Positions 1 to 9,982 of a stretch of DNA of 64,000 nt are shown one piece after another. Source of the stretch: Candidatus Magasanikiibacteriota bacterium (GTDB taxonomy: Bacteria; Patescibacteriota; Patescibacteriia; Magasanikbacterales; GWA2-37-8); NCBI GenBank assembly GCA_017991415.1, contig JAGOQR010000002.1, forward strand, positions 97,109 through 161,108, in the 5' to 3' direction. Under the pieces are notes generated by a model. That model saw nothing but the letters and a program-made list of their open reading frames with translations. It was not told the DNA's origin and made no database searches. A program made the translations under genes and the position numbers. How positions within the stretch are numbered: the stretch's first letter is position 1; each line of letters starts with the position of its first letter.

Positions 1-1
1 G

Positions 2-469
2 CCAAATGGCATTGGTAAAAGCACACTTCTGCAGGCACTTGCAAGCGGCACAGAAGAAGGCGCAACTATCGCTCCCGACGTTCGTGTTGGATACTACCGC
101 CAAGATTTTTCTGGTTTAGATTTTGAAAAAACTGCCTATCAAGCGCTCGAAGAAATGATGGATGACCCATGGAACCAGGAAATTTATGCTACTGGCGCGC
201 AATTCTTGCTTTCTTCGCAAGTATTAAAAAATAAAGTAGGAGCGCTGTCCGAAGGTCAAAAAGGACTCCTCTGTTATGCCAGATTTGTGTTGCAAAAACC
301 AGGACTCTTAATCATGGACGAACCTACCAACCATATTAACTTCCGTCACTTACCTATTATTGCCAAAGCCCTGGATGAATTTGAAGGTGCTATTATTTTG
401 GTCAGTCACGTACCAGAATTTGTGGACCAAATTAAGATTAATCAAGTTTTAGACTTAGAAACTTTATAA
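2..469 (+). CDS. ABC-F family ATP-binding protein, C-terminal part (5' end outside window)
   Basis: Frame continuous from position 2. The translation PNGIGKSTLLQALAS gives a Walker A motif. Downstream LSEGQKGLLCYARFV is an ABC signature (LSGGQ-like) and LLIMDEPTNHIN is a Walker B motif, typical of the second ABC domain of ABC-F proteins. Confidence 0.7.
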   Translation, partial: PNGIGKSTLLQALASGTEEGATIAPDVRVGYYRQDFSGLDFEKTAYQALEEMMDDPWNQEIYATGAQFLLSSQVLKNKVGALSEGQKGLLCYARFVLQKPGLLIMDEPTNHINFRHLPIIAKALDEFEGAIILVSHVPEFVDQIKINQVLDLETL

Positions 470-530
470 AGTTCGCATTGACTTCTTCATAGTTTTTTTG
501 ATAAACTAGGGCTACAAAAATTACAAAACT

Positions 531-620
531 GGAGAGATGGCCGAGTGGTTTAAGGCAGCAGTTTACTAAACTGCCGGGCTCGAAAGGGCCTCTAGAGTTC
601 GAATCTCTATCTCTCCGCCA
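531..620 (+). tRNA. Class II (long variable arm) tRNA, Ser-like (G73 discriminator, encoded CCA); apparent anticodon loop TTACTAA
   Basis: Acceptor stem GGAGAGA/TCTCTCC. D-stem GCC/GGC. T-arm TAGAG-TTCGAAT-CTCTA. Long variable arm. 3' GCCA encoded. Anticodon stem GCAGT/ACTGC encloses loop TTACTAA, which reads as anticodon ACT. That is atypical (A34); see findings. Confidence 0.65.
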
Positions 621-672
621 AAGAAACAAGCAAAATAAAGCAATCGACTTAATTAATTTAAGAACCTTAAAC

Positions 673-1047
673 ATGTCAGAGCGTGAATATAGCCCTATTC
701 AAGAAACACAAGAAATTACCCAAAGACCAGAATACGCTCAGGCTTGTGAAAATACCAGATATTCTGGCGACTTAGTTCGTGAACTCCTGAGATTAGGGGT
801 GCCCGCACCCGAAGTAAAAACATTTGCACTAGGCCGTTTAGAAATAAATATTAAAAATGGTTATGGCCTAAATACTTTGCGCAGTATCGCAAAGCAAGGC
901 GGAGCACTATCTGAAACAGAAGTAGAGACCATGTTTGCAGAAGTGACTGCTAAAATGTTAGCCGAAACACCCGCTGAAACCGAAGAACAAAAAGCAACCA
1001 GAGAAGCGAGAGAGCTAGAAGAAATGTTAAGCTTATACGAAAAATAA
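673..1047 (+). CDS. hypothetical protein (124 aa, acidic C-terminus)
   Basis: ORF sits between two tRNA genes with no recognisable motif. Coding-like composition. Confidence 0.4.
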   Translation: MSEREYSPIQETQEITQRPEYAQACENTRYSGDLVRELLRLGVPAPEVKTFALGRLEINIKNGYGLNTLRSIAKQGGALSETEVETMFAEVTAKMLAETPAETEEQKATREARELEEMLSLYEK

Positions 1048-1080
1048 AATTAAATAATTTTATATAAAGCGGCAACACCT

Positions 1081-1168
<88 letters not shown>

Positions 1169-1186
1169 AGTTTACACTCAAATAAA

Positions 1187-1215
1187 AAATACACGGATTG
1201 GCCGTGTATTTTTTA
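1187..1215. terminator. Rho-independent terminator hairpin, bidirectional (tRNA on + strand, ATP-grasp gene on - strand)
   Basis: ATACACGG-attgg-CCGTGTAT stem-loop followed by a T-run. A-run on the other side. Confidence 0.6.
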
Positions 1216-1226
1216 TTTTTAAAAAA

Positions 1227-2300
1227 CTAAGATCTAAGCTCTGGAAACATAAGGTAAATAAACTCTTTAGTCACCTCTCGTGATTTACCTTGCATTGGCA
1301 AGTCATGCATAGCAAATTCAGGCGCGGAATTCATTTCAATAATTGTATACGTTTCAGCAGTTTGCTGCTGAGATAAATCCTTGCACATAAAATCAATCCC
1401 CGTCCAACTTAAACCAGGAATTGCTCGAACTGCCTCAATTGCAATCTTTTTAACAGAAGGGTGCGCATCATCAGTTCTATCGACAGCGATGCCGCCTGCC
1501 ATAATATTTGAAACTTTCTGCAAACGTACTAATTGATTTTTTTCTGGAACTGAATTTTCAACCAAACCTTGAATATTAAGCAAATCAACAGAATTAGCAT
1601 CTAATACAATATAAGGATACAGGTGCTGAGAAATATTTCTCAAAGGATTTTTGTTTTCAATTTCAACCAACTCACTCACCGTATGAACACCATCACCAAT
1701 AACATGCGCTGGGATTCGCTCCATAACAGCAAGTACTTTTTCTTTGGTGGCCATAATACGATATTCACACCCAACAAACATTTCTTCTAAAATAAGAAGG
1801 CCTGGATACAACGGATTCTTAAAATAAGTTCGGATTTTTTCTAAACACTTATCAAAGTCAACCAGCTCCATCTCAACGCCTTTTCCATGAGAACCTTTTG
1901 CTGGTTTAAGTACAAGCGGTTTTTGTAACGAATCCCATATTGATTTAATTCGAGAATCTGAATCAGACTGATAAATAGTATACCCAGGCATTACAGATAA
2001 ACCAGATCTTTTAAGCATTATTTTACATAACTGCTTATCAGAGCAGGATTCCACGCCAGTAAAATTTGTAGTACTCGGGATTCTTTCTCTAAAAGTTAGA
2101 GTGTTATTTTTATAGTTCATTTGCACCACATCAGTATCTGGTATAACAGAGGCATCTATCCCCATTTTTTGCGCCTCTTCTATAATCATCTGTGTAGATA
2201 AAAATGGATCAATCTCCTCTTCACGAACAACTCCTTCAGGTAAGGATCTTGCAAAATACAACGGTTTAAATGAAGACATATATTGGTAAAATAAACACAA
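1227..2300 (-). CDS. ATP-grasp family ligase (RimK/cyanophycin-synthetase-like amidoligase)
   Basis: The protein shows a C-terminal ATP-grasp core. Motifs include KPAKGSHGKGVEM (Gly-rich ATP loop) and IIEMNSAPEF (E-x-N Mg-binding motif). Overall layout matches RimK-like ligases. Confidence 0.65.
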   Translation of the reverse strand: MCLFYQYMSSFKPLYFARSLPEGVVREEEIDPFLSTQMIIEEAQKMGIDASVIPDTDVVQMNYKNNTLTFRERIPSTTNFTGVESCSDKQLCKIMLKRSGLSVMPGYTIYQSDSDSRIKSIWDSLQKPLVLKPAKGSHGKGVEMELVDFDKCLEKIRTYFKNPLYPGLLILEEMFVGCEYRIMATKEKVLAVMERIPAHVIGDGVHTVSELVEIENKNPLRNISQHLYPYIVLDANSVDLLNIQGLVENSVPEKNQLVRLQKVSNIMAGGIAVDRTDDAHPSVKKIAIEAVRAIPGLSWTGIDFMCKDLSQQQTAETYTIIEMNSAPEFAMHDLPMQGKSREVTKEFIYLMFPELRS

Positions 2301-2306
2301 ATTAAT

Positions 2307-3341
2307 TTAAGACATTGCTTGAACTAACATCTCTGCCATAGCATCCATATATCGGCGCGCATCTATAGACAAAGAAGGTATACAAACTGCAGGGCGAGAA
2401 TTAAGCTCTACTAATTTAAATCCATCTTTAGAATTAACAAAGTCTGAAGCAAAAATACTTGGTCGATATTGCGCCAATACAGTGTTTATACGCTCTATCA
2501 TAGGAAGAAGTATTGGTGGTAACTGATCTAAAGACACCTGCACTTCACTGCCTCCCTGAGATACATTTGCTAAAAAAGAGCCGGGTTGTGGCACTCGCAC
2601 CAACATAAATACTGGGTTACCATTAATAGTAATAACACGAATATCGTGCAGGCCATCTACGATTCTCGGGATACCCACAGAATTATCTACAAATTCTTGC
2701 AATAAAATATTATCCCAACTGTCATAGAGGAATTCGTCAATCTCACCTACTGAACGTATATATATTCCTCGCCCGCCGGATAAAAAATTCTTCTTTACAA
2801 CGATTTTATCTGTTTTTTTTAAACCCCACTGGTTTACTATTTGCACATACTCATCATAGGAGCAAATAGTAGAAGTTTTGGGTGATAGATCTGGAAATAA
2901 ACGCGCCGTAGCAACCTTATCAACACAAATTTGATCAAGGTCAGGATGATTAATAATTGGACAATCATAAATAGCAGGAATTGTATTTTTATCATCACGA
3001 TTAAAAATAAGGTCTGCCTCAATATGTTTGTTTATCAATATAAGTTGCCCGTCCCGCACCTGCCATCCATGAGAAAAAATTCCTTTCCCCATATACGAAT
3101 TGCCTCGCACTATATATACTTCAATATTATGCTCTTCGACATTTTTGATAAGACCCTGATACACCTCCCAGTAAGGGTATACTGAGGAATTAAACGGGTA
3201 TCCCATCGGCTCTGAGTCAGAAAAATATATGGCTAATTTTTTCATAATACCTATAACAATAACTCTAACAACATACTCTGTCAACCATATTATTGTCTGA
3301 AAAAAAACCCTATGGTATAGTACGTTTTTAATCTGAAACAC
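2307..3341 (-). CDS. ATP-grasp family ligase (alpha-L-glutamate ligase/RimK-related)
   Basis: Motifs VVKKNFLSGGRGIYI and LVELNSRPA (E-x-N) are ATP-grasp hallmarks. It lies tail-to-tail/adjacent to another ATP-grasp gene. Confidence 0.65.
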   Translation of the reverse strand: MFQIKNVLYHRVFFQTIIWLTEYVVRVIVIGIMKKLAIYFSDSEPMGYPFNSSVYPYWEVYQGLIKNVEEHNIEVYIVRGNSYMGKGIFSHGWQVRDGQLILINKHIEADLIFNRDDKNTIPAIYDCPIINHPDLDQICVDKVATARLFPDLSPKTSTICSYDEYVQIVNQWGLKKTDKIVVKKNFLSGGRGIYIRSVGEIDEFLYDSWDNILLQEFVDNSVGIPRIVDGLHDIRVITINGNPVFMLVRVPQPGSFLANVSQGGSEVQVSLDQLPPILLPMIERINTVLAQYRPSIFASDFVNSKDGFKLVELNSRPAVCIPSLSIDARRYMDAMAEMLVQAMS

Positions 3342-3349
3342 TATAGTTT

Positions 3350-4876
3350 ATGATAAAAAAAATACTTGTACTCTGCACATTTACTTCTCTGATAAATGGC
3401 ATAATTTTTATACCTGCAAAAGCTCAAACACCCACTCCTACTACACCACCAATAACTACAAGCTTTTCTCTTGATGCAAAAATCACCGCTGAAAAAAATA
3501 TTCGAATCAACAAAAAAGCAATCTTTGACGCGTCTGATTCTATTTTAGCTACATCAACTATTCCTGCTGAATATATTTGGGATTTTGGTGTCGGACCTAA
3601 AATAGAAGGCAAAGAAGTTGTTCAATCATTTTCCGCTACTGGTAAACAAATAGTCACCCTTACCGTACGCCAAGGACAAGCACAAGCGAGCGCACAAAAG
3701 GAGATATTTATATTTAATAAAAAAGCTTTGCTAGTTGCAGACCAAACTAATATTGCTGCCATAGAAAGCATACAAGCGCAGGCAGCAGAAAATGGCATCG
3801 CCCTAGAACTACTGCCTACAGCAGAAAAAGAAGGAACGCTCCTCACCGAAGATGCTTTGGTACAAAAAATTAAAGAGGCAACAGACTATATTAAAGATTC
3901 CGATATTCTTCTTTTTTATACCCAATCTCCCGTAGGGCTGCAGGCGTTTAATTTATACTGGAGAGATCTTGACACCTCAACTAAAGAAATCATTAAAAAT
4001 AAGTTTCTTGCAGTTATTTCTGATAACAACCTGGACACTGCGGCAAATCTTGCATATCAAACATTTAACATTGTTGAACCAAGCTATATTTTACTGACAA
4101 GACCAGAAGCCATCAACCCTATATTCCTCACTGAAGATACAACCGACATAACCGAAACACTTGCAAATCGCGGCATTGAATACAAAATAATTGATAGACG
4201 CGGTGAAAAACCTCCGTTGTTTATGCTTTCTCGTTTCGTTACAGATCTTGTCTCAAAAGGCGTCTCATCAAACATTATCTATATCATTCTTATTGTCCCC
4301 TTTTTAGCCTGCATCGCATCTCTCGGCAAACAAATTATTGGCATCAGTACTTTTGGTATTTACACACCAGTCATTATTACCATCTCATTTTTTATTCTTG
4401 GCTTACGATTAGGCATTACTACCTTTATCTTCGCGGTCACCGTTGGCTATATCGTAAAATATATTCTTAATAAATTTGAATTATTGTACTTGCCAAAAAT
4501 AGCACTTAACCTGGCTATTATCAGTCTTTCTTTCCTATTTGTTATCTGGCTCGTGCTGCAATATGGCACATCGGTTCCATTATCAATGGCTATATTTCCA
4601 ATGCTTGTTATGTCAACTGTTTCAGAAAAATTTATGGCTGCGCAAAACGAAGAAGGCGTGCGCAGCGCAATTTTCGCCATTATCGGCACTTTATTTATCG
4701 TCATAGTATCATACTATTTTATTACCTGGTCTTATTTTAATAACCTCCTATTATCATGGCCAGAGCTCGTACTTACACCTGTTCTTATTACAATTATCTT
4801 AGGCAAATTTACTGGCCTTCGCCTTGCAGAACTGGTCCGCTTCCGCAGTTTACTTACTGAACATCAAGAAGAATAG
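3350..4876 (+). CDS. Membrane protein with an N-terminal signal, a PT-rich linker, an extracytoplasmic PKD-like domain and about 7 C-terminal TM helices
   Basis: N-terminus MIKKILVLCTFTSLINGIIFIPAKA is signal-like. YIWDFGVGP...GKQIVTLTV matches the PKD WDFGDG...Y-V-LTV signature. C-terminal 220 aa contain about 7 hydrophobic helices. It may correspond to the 7TM partner seen in RimK-related ligase cassettes (memory-based inference). Confidence 0.55.
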   Translation: MIKKILVLCTFTSLINGIIFIPAKAQTPTPTTPPITTSFSLDAKITAEKNIRINKKAIFDASDSILATSTIPAEYIWDFGVGPKIEGKEVVQSFSATGKQIVTLTVRQGQAQASAQKEIFIFNKKALLVADQTNIAAIESIQAQAAENGIALELLPTAEKEGTLLTEDALVQKIKEATDYIKDSDILLFYTQSPVGLQAFNLYWRDLDTSTKEIIKNKFLAVISDNNLDTAANLAYQTFNIVEPSYILLTRPEAINPIFLTEDTTDITETLANRGIEYKIIDRRGEKPPLFMLSRFVTDLVSKGVSSNIIYIILIVPFLACIASLGKQIIGISTFGIYTPVIITISFFILGLRLGITTFIFAVTVGYIVKYILNKFELLYLPKIALNLAIISLSFLFVIWLVLQYGTSVPLSMAIFPMLVMSTVSEKFMAAQNEEGVRSAIFAIIGTLFIVIVSYYFITWSYFNNLLLSWPELVLTPVLITIILGKFTGLRLAELVRFRSLLTEHQEE

Positions 4877-4878
4877 GT

Positions 4879-7236
4879 ATGGCTTTATCTCGTAATTACA
4901 AATTATCTTTTTTTGAACGGCTTGATGGAGTGCTTGGCATTAACGCACGCAATCTTTTGTACATAAGTCGATTTAATAGTAAAGCAAACAAAAGTTTTGC
5001 TGACGACAAAATGTTTACAAAAAATTATTTACAATCTCGAGGACTTGGCGCAGCCAAGGTATACACGGTGCTTAAAAATTATAACGATCTAAAACAATTC
5101 AACCCAAAAAGCCTACCCGACAATTTTGTTATCAAGCCAAATCATGGCTATGGCGGCGAAGGCATTGTGGTTTTTGCCGAAAAAAAAGGAAATAATTTTA
5201 TCGATATCGCTGGCCAAGAATATGACTGGAAAGCAATAAGCCGACATATATCCTCTATTCTGGACGGAGAATATGCTATTTCAGGATTAACAGACCAGGC
5301 AATTATTGAGGAACGTTTGGTAGCTCATAGTTTTTTTAAGCCCTATGCCAAACGCGGACTACCCGACATTCGAGTAATTGTATTCAACTATATTCCAATT
5401 ATTGCCATGCTTCGTTTACCAACCGACGAATCTCAAGGAAAAGCAAACCTTCATTTAGGGGCAGTTGGGGTAGGTATTGATATTGCTTCAGGCTGTGCCA
5501 CATACGGAGTATACAAAAATAAATTTACACGTACCTTACCTGGTGGAGAAAAATTATCAGAAATAAAAATTCCACACTGGGATGAAATTTTACTTGCAGC
5601 ATCTAACGCGCAAAAAGTGAGTCAGATTGGTTTTTTAGCAGTTGATATAGTACTCACAACCACTGGTATAAAAATTTTAGAACTCAACGCTCGCGCAGGT
5701 CTTTCAATCCAAATAGCTAACCAAGTACCGCTGCGAGCTCGCTTAAAAAAAGCAGCTGACCTAAAAGTACCAAGTCCAGAAAAAGGTGTCGAACTATGCA
5801 AGGCACTATTCAGCTCTAATGTATCATCTGATACCCGAGATACCAAAGACAGCCGCACACCTATTGGACTTTTTGAACATGTCGAGCTTCTTAATACTGG
5901 CAATAACACGGTGCTCGCAAAAATTGACCCGCACTATGATGGAGTACTTCTTGATAAGAGCCTGATAACGAATAAGACAGAAAGTTCATTTATTAATATA
6001 AAACTAAAGGGCAAACGGTTGACTATTCCAACTACATGCGGTGATTTATCTAGCCAACCATACAAAATTATTATTGGCGGAAAATTTCTTGAACATTTTA
6101 CTATTCATAGCACACTCAATAAACACCTCCTCTTTCAAGCACCTGCAACCGATAGTGGCCGTGAAGAAAAAATTATTGCCAACATCGATAAAAAACTCTA
6201 CGAGGTAGATAAAAAAATTACCATTGCTGGTTTCTTACGGCCTATAAACCACGACGAAGAAAAACGAGCTTTTTTTGAAAACCCTACCCGATCCCCTCAA
6301 TTTTTTTACCGTACAACTACTTTGGCTACTAACCAGATTAGAAAAGATCTCAAAGCCTTACCCGAAGCAAGCCATCCTTTATACAGCTTGTATCAAAAGA
6401 AAATAGCAGAAATAAATACAAAATTAGATTTACTCGAATCTTTGGATAGCCCTAAATTACAAACTGCCTCAGAAAAACTGTACGGCCCCGCCAACCGCAT
6501 CCTCTACGATCAAGCAGTGCGATATATTCATGAGCATCCGATTAGACCAGACACAAGCAACAAGGTGAGTTTTAAACAAATTGTAAAACGACTCACTACC
6601 TTTTTAGAAGAACATGCGCTCACTAATTGGCACATAAAAGTTGCCGCAGATAGAGTGAACGATATTTCAATTAGCTTAGACGGCACCATACATTTGCGCG
6701 AAGGAACGACCTTTACAGAAAATCGATTAAAGGCAGTTATTGCGCATGAAATTGAAACTCATATTTATAGAGCCGAAAATAGCAAACTACAAAAATATAA
6801 AATTTTTGAAATCGGTACCGCTGGCTATATTGCCACAGAAGAAGGTTTGGCAGTATACAATCAACGAGCCCTCAATGTACCGCTCGGAGAAAAAGAAATT
6901 TGGGCACCATTACGAAGTATCGGCGCATATTTGGCTCAAGAAATGTCATTTGTTGATTTGTTTCATTATTTAAAAAGTAATTACGGCCTAGAAGATGATT
7001 CGGCTTGGCGCACGTGTGTTAAAGTAAAACGAGGACTCGCTGATACAAGTAAAAAAATAGCCTTCACCCGAGATACTATTTACTTCAGAGGCTTGCAGAT
7101 GGTAGAAGAATTTTTAACAGATAACACTGCTGAAAAACTAAAAAATTTATATATTGGAAAAATTGGTATTGAAGACATAGACCAGCTTGGCGCGTTAAGT
7201 CAGTACAAAACAAGATATTTATTAAAAACAAAATAA
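4879..7236 (+). CDS. Fusion protein: N-terminal ATP-grasp ligase (alpha-L-glutamate-ligase-related) plus C-terminal DUF1704/QEGLA-motif domain with HExxH
   Basis: N-terminal half has FVIKPNHGYGGEGIVV and ILELNARAGL (ATP-grasp). C-terminal part has AHEIETHIYRAE (HExxH-like) and ATEEGLAVYNQ (QEGLA-like motif of DUF1704). Confidence 0.6.
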   Translation: MALSRNYKLSFFERLDGVLGINARNLLYISRFNSKANKSFADDKMFTKNYLQSRGLGAAKVYTVLKNYNDLKQFNPKSLPDNFVIKPNHGYGGEGIVVFAEKKGNNFIDIAGQEYDWKAISRHISSILDGEYAISGLTDQAIIEERLVAHSFFKPYAKRGLPDIRVIVFNYIPIIAMLRLPTDESQGKANLHLGAVGVGIDIASGCATYGVYKNKFTRTLPGGEKLSEIKIPHWDEILLAASNAQKVSQIGFLAVDIVLTTTGIKILELNARAGLSIQIANQVPLRARLKKAADLKVPSPEKGVELCKALFSSNVSSDTRDTKDSRTPIGLFEHVELLNTGNNTVLAKIDPHYDGVLLDKSLITNKTESSFINIKLKGKRLTIPTTCGDLSSQPYKIIIGGKFLEHFTIHSTLNKHLLFQAPATDSGREEKIIANIDKKLYEVDKKITIAGFLRPINHDEEKRAFFENPTRSPQFFYRTTTLATNQIRKDLKALPEASHPLYSLYQKKIAEINTKLDLLESLDSPKLQTASEKLYGPANRILYDQAVRYIHEHPIRPDTSNKVSFKQIVKRLTTFLEEHALTNWHIKVAADRVNDISISLDGTIHLREGTTFTENRLKAVIAHEIETHIYRAENSKLQKYKIFEIGTAGYIATEEGLAVYNQRALNVPLGEKEIWAPLRSIGAYLAQEMSFVDLFHYLKSNYGLEDDSAWRTCVKVKRGLADTSKKIAFTRDTIYFRGLQMVEEFLTDNTAEKLKNLYIGKIGIEDIDQLGALSQYKTRYLLKTK

Positions 7237-7261
7237 ATTAATATAACTAACATCTTAACAT

Positions 7262-7657
7262 ATGAAAAACCGAGTCGTACACTTTGAAATTCAAGTTAAT
7301 AATCCAGAACGAGCTATGGAATTTTACCAAGGAGTTTTTGGTTGGCAATTCCAAAAATGGGGAGAACAGGCATACTGGGTTATCATGACCGCAGACAAAG
7401 ATAGTAAAGAACCAGGGATCAACGGTGGCATGCTTATCCGCCCCTGCCCAGCACCTGCACAACAACAAGGAACAAATGCGTACGTCTGTACTGTACAAGT
7501 AGACAACTACGATGATATAGAGAAAAAAATAATAGCTAATGGTGGAGTTGTAGCTATGCCAAAATTTGCGTTGCCAGGTATGGCTTGGCAAGGATACTAT
7601 CTCGATACCGAAGGCAATACGTTTGGACTTCACGAGGCAGACCCTAATGCGAAATAA
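7262..7657 (+). CDS. VOC family protein (glyoxalase/bleomycin-resistance fold)
   Basis: VHFEIQVNNPERAMEFYQGVFGW at the N-terminus and GNTFGLHE at the C-terminus, typical of glyoxalase-fold proteins. Confidence 0.7.
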   Translation: MKNRVVHFEIQVNNPERAMEFYQGVFGWQFQKWGEQAYWVIMTADKDSKEPGINGGMLIRPCPAPAQQQGTNAYVCTVQVDNYDDIEKKIIANGGVVAMPKFALPGMAWQGYYLDTEGNTFGLHEADPNAK

Positions 7658-7734
7658 CAGCTAACACCCTTAGATAGATAAACAAAACACAAAAACACTC
7701 TAAATTATAGGGTGTTTTTATTTATATAATACCA

Positions 7735-7763
7735 TTGACTATCCAACTTTTTGCCTGTATTAT
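7735..7763 (+). promoter_or_regulatory. sigma70-like promoter for the suf operon (TTGACT-17-TATTAT)
   Basis: Hexamers at 7735-7740 and 7758-7763 with a 17-nt spacer, about 20 nt upstream of the sufC ATG. Confidence 0.4.
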
Positions 7764-7784
7764 AAGTCTGTTATAGATAAAATT

Positions 7785-8549
7785 ATGCCTAACTTAACAA
7801 TAAAAAACCTACACGCCACTGTTGGCAATACCAAGATTCTTAGTGGAGTGTCTTTGGATATGGCAGCTGGTGAAGTCCACGTAATAATGGGCCAAAATGG
7901 ATCTGGTAAAAGCACGCTACTATCGGTGCTTATGGGCAGTCCCAAATACACCGTTACGATGGGGTCTGTAAAGCTGGATAAAAAAAATATATTAGATCTC
8001 TCTCCTTCCGAGCGCGCCCAAGCTGGATTATTTTTAGGCTTTCAACACCCGCAAGTAGTTGCTGGTGTAGCCTTAGGAAATTTTCTACGATTAGCGCGCA
8101 ACACGATTAGCGCTTCTCAAAAAAATAAAGAGCAACCTATTGCTCCTGCTGCTTTTGCCGTGATGATGCGCGAACAAATGGAAAAACTAAAGATAGATCC
8201 AGGGTTTATATCTCGCTCTATAAACGAGGGGTTTTCTGGTGGTGAAAAAAAGAAATCAGAAGTACTCCAAATGGCAATGCTAAAACCTACCTTTGCCTTT
8301 TTAGATGAGATTGATTCTGGGCTCGATATTGACGCTCTAAAAATAGTTGGAAAAGAATTAAATGCTATTCAAAAAAAACAAGGCATGGGCATGATAATTG
8401 TAAGCCATAACCCTAAAATTTTAGACTTCATTAAGCCCGAAAAAATTCATATCATGTCTAAAGGTAAAATCATAGCTCATGGCGGCAAAGAAATTATCCA
8501 AAAAGTAGAAAAAAATGGTTTTGAATCTTTTCTTAAAAAGAAAAAGTAA
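7785..8549 (+). CDS. sufC: Fe-S cluster assembly ATPase SufC
   Basis: Walker A GQNGSGKST. ABC signature FSGGEKK. Walker B LDEIDSGLD. Directly followed by sufB. Confidence 0.9.
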   Translation: MPNLTIKNLHATVGNTKILSGVSLDMAAGEVHVIMGQNGSGKSTLLSVLMGSPKYTVTMGSVKLDKKNILDLSPSERAQAGLFLGFQHPQVVAGVALGNFLRLARNTISASQKNKEQPIAPAAFAVMMREQMEKLKIDPGFISRSINEGFSGGEKKKSEVLQMAMLKPTFAFLDEIDSGLDIDALKIVGKELNAIQKKQGMGMIIVSHNPKILDFIKPEKIHIMSKGKIIAHGGKEIIQKVEKNGFESFLKKKK

Positions 8550-8560
8550 TATAAAAAATC

Positions 8561-9979
8561 ATGACTATCCCGATAAAAACCAAAAAAATAATTTCGGGTG
8601 CTGGTGATAAATCTGCTTTTTCTTTTCATACCAAAACTAACAGTGTCTTTACGTCCAAAAAAGGATTAGACGAAAATATTATCCGTGAACTTTCTCGCCA
8701 AAAATCAGAGCCTGCTTGGATGCTTGAATTTCGTTTGCAGGCTTACAAAATATTTTTGGAGAAAAAAATGCCAGACTGGGGTGCTGACTTAACTGGTATT
8801 AATTTTGAAAATATTCATTACTATGTTCGACCTCAAGACAAAACCAAACGCAACTGGGACGATGTTCCTGAAGAAATAAAAAATACATTTGAAAAATTAG
8901 GCATCCCCGAAGCTGAACGAAAATTTTTAGCTGGCACAGGTGCACAATTTGAATCTGAAATGGTCTACCACTCACTGGCCAAAAATCTAGCCAAGCAGGG
9001 CGTAATTTTTGAATCAACTGATGACGCTCTCAAAAATCACCCTGAACTTTTTAAAAAATATTTTGGCACTGTAATACCACCTCGAGACAATAAATTTGCT
9101 GCCCTTAATTCGGCTGTTTGGTCTGGGGGCAGTTTTATCTATGTACCAAAAGGTGTCCACGTAGAACTTCCCTTACAAGCCTACTTCCGTATTAATATAG
9201 AAAACATGGGTCAATTCGAACGAACCCTTATTATTGCTGACGAAGGCAGCTCTGTTCATTATGTAGAAGGCTGTACTGCCCCAACATACTCAAGTGATTC
9301 GCTTCATTCGGCGGTAGTAGAGATTATTGTCAAAAAAGGTGCTCGGGTACAATATACCACTATCCAAAACTGGTCTGGTAATGTCTATAACCTTGTAACT
9401 AAACGAGCCGTAGCCGACCAAGATGCTACCATGTTTTGGCTGGATTGTAATCTAGGATCGAAAGTAACCATGAAATATCCAAGCATTATCTTGCGCGAAC
9501 GTGGAGCCAAGGGCGAAATTCAATCACTCGCTTTTGCCTCCAAGGGCCAACATCAAGATGCTGGAGGTAAAGTAATCCATCTAGCGCCCGACACGAGCTC
9601 TACCATTGTTTCAAAATCAATTAGTAAAAATGGCGGACAAACAACCTATCGCGGCCTGGTAAAAGTTATTAAAGGAGCAAAAAATGTCAAAACGCGCGTT
9701 GTGTGTGATGCGCTCATGCTTGACCCTGCTTCCAGGTCTGACACCTACCCAACCATGGATATAAAAGAAAAAGATGTCGCAATTGCTCACGAAGCGACTG
9801 TTGCAAGCATTGGCGAAGATGAACTGTTTTATCTTATGAGCCGCGGGTTATCCGAGGAACAGGCGGCCACTCTTATTGTAAATGGTTTTGCGAGTCCAAT
9901 TATCAAGCAACTGCCGATGGAATATGCCGTAGAATTAAACCGGCTACTCGCACTTGAGATGACTGGCTCAGTTGGATAA
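8561..9979 (+). CDS. sufB: Fe-S cluster assembly protein SufB
   Basis: 472 aa. Conserved SufB core ([33 protein letters not shown]...CTAP) and C-terminal ...[24 protein letters not shown]. Confidence 0.9.
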   Translation: MTIPIKTKKIISGAGDKSAFSFHTKTNSVFTSKKGLDENIIRELSRQKSEPAWMLEFRLQAYKIFLEKKMPDWGADLTGINFENIHYYVRPQDKTKRNWDDVPEEIKNTFEKLGIPEAERKFLAGTGAQFESEMVYHSLAKNLAKQGVIFESTDDALKNHPELFKKYFGTVIPPRDNKFAALNSAVWSGGSFIYVPKGVHVELPLQAYFRINIENMGQFERTLIIADEGSSVHYVEGCTAPTYSSDSLHSAVVEIIVKKGARVQYTTIQNWSGNVYNLVTKRAVADQDATMFWLDCNLGSKVTMKYPSIILRERGAKGEIQSLAFASKGQHQDAGGKVIHLAPDTSSTIVSKSISKNGGQTTYRGLVKVIKGAKNVKTRVVCDALMLDPASRSDTYPTMDIKEKDVAIAHEATVASIGEDELFYLMSRGLSEEQAATLIVNGFASPIIKQLPMEYAVELNRLLALEMTGSVG

Positions 9980-9982
9980 TAT

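Noticed and set aside
438-674. 78-aa minus-strand ORF overlapping the tRNA at 531-620
   Set aside because: It lies antisense across a well-formed tRNA gene and has no coding signal. Judged spurious.
7247-7633. 128-aa minus-strand ORF opposite the VOC/glyoxalase gene
   Set aside because: It is antisense to a well-supported CDS, with a hydrophobic low-complexity translation. Judged spurious.
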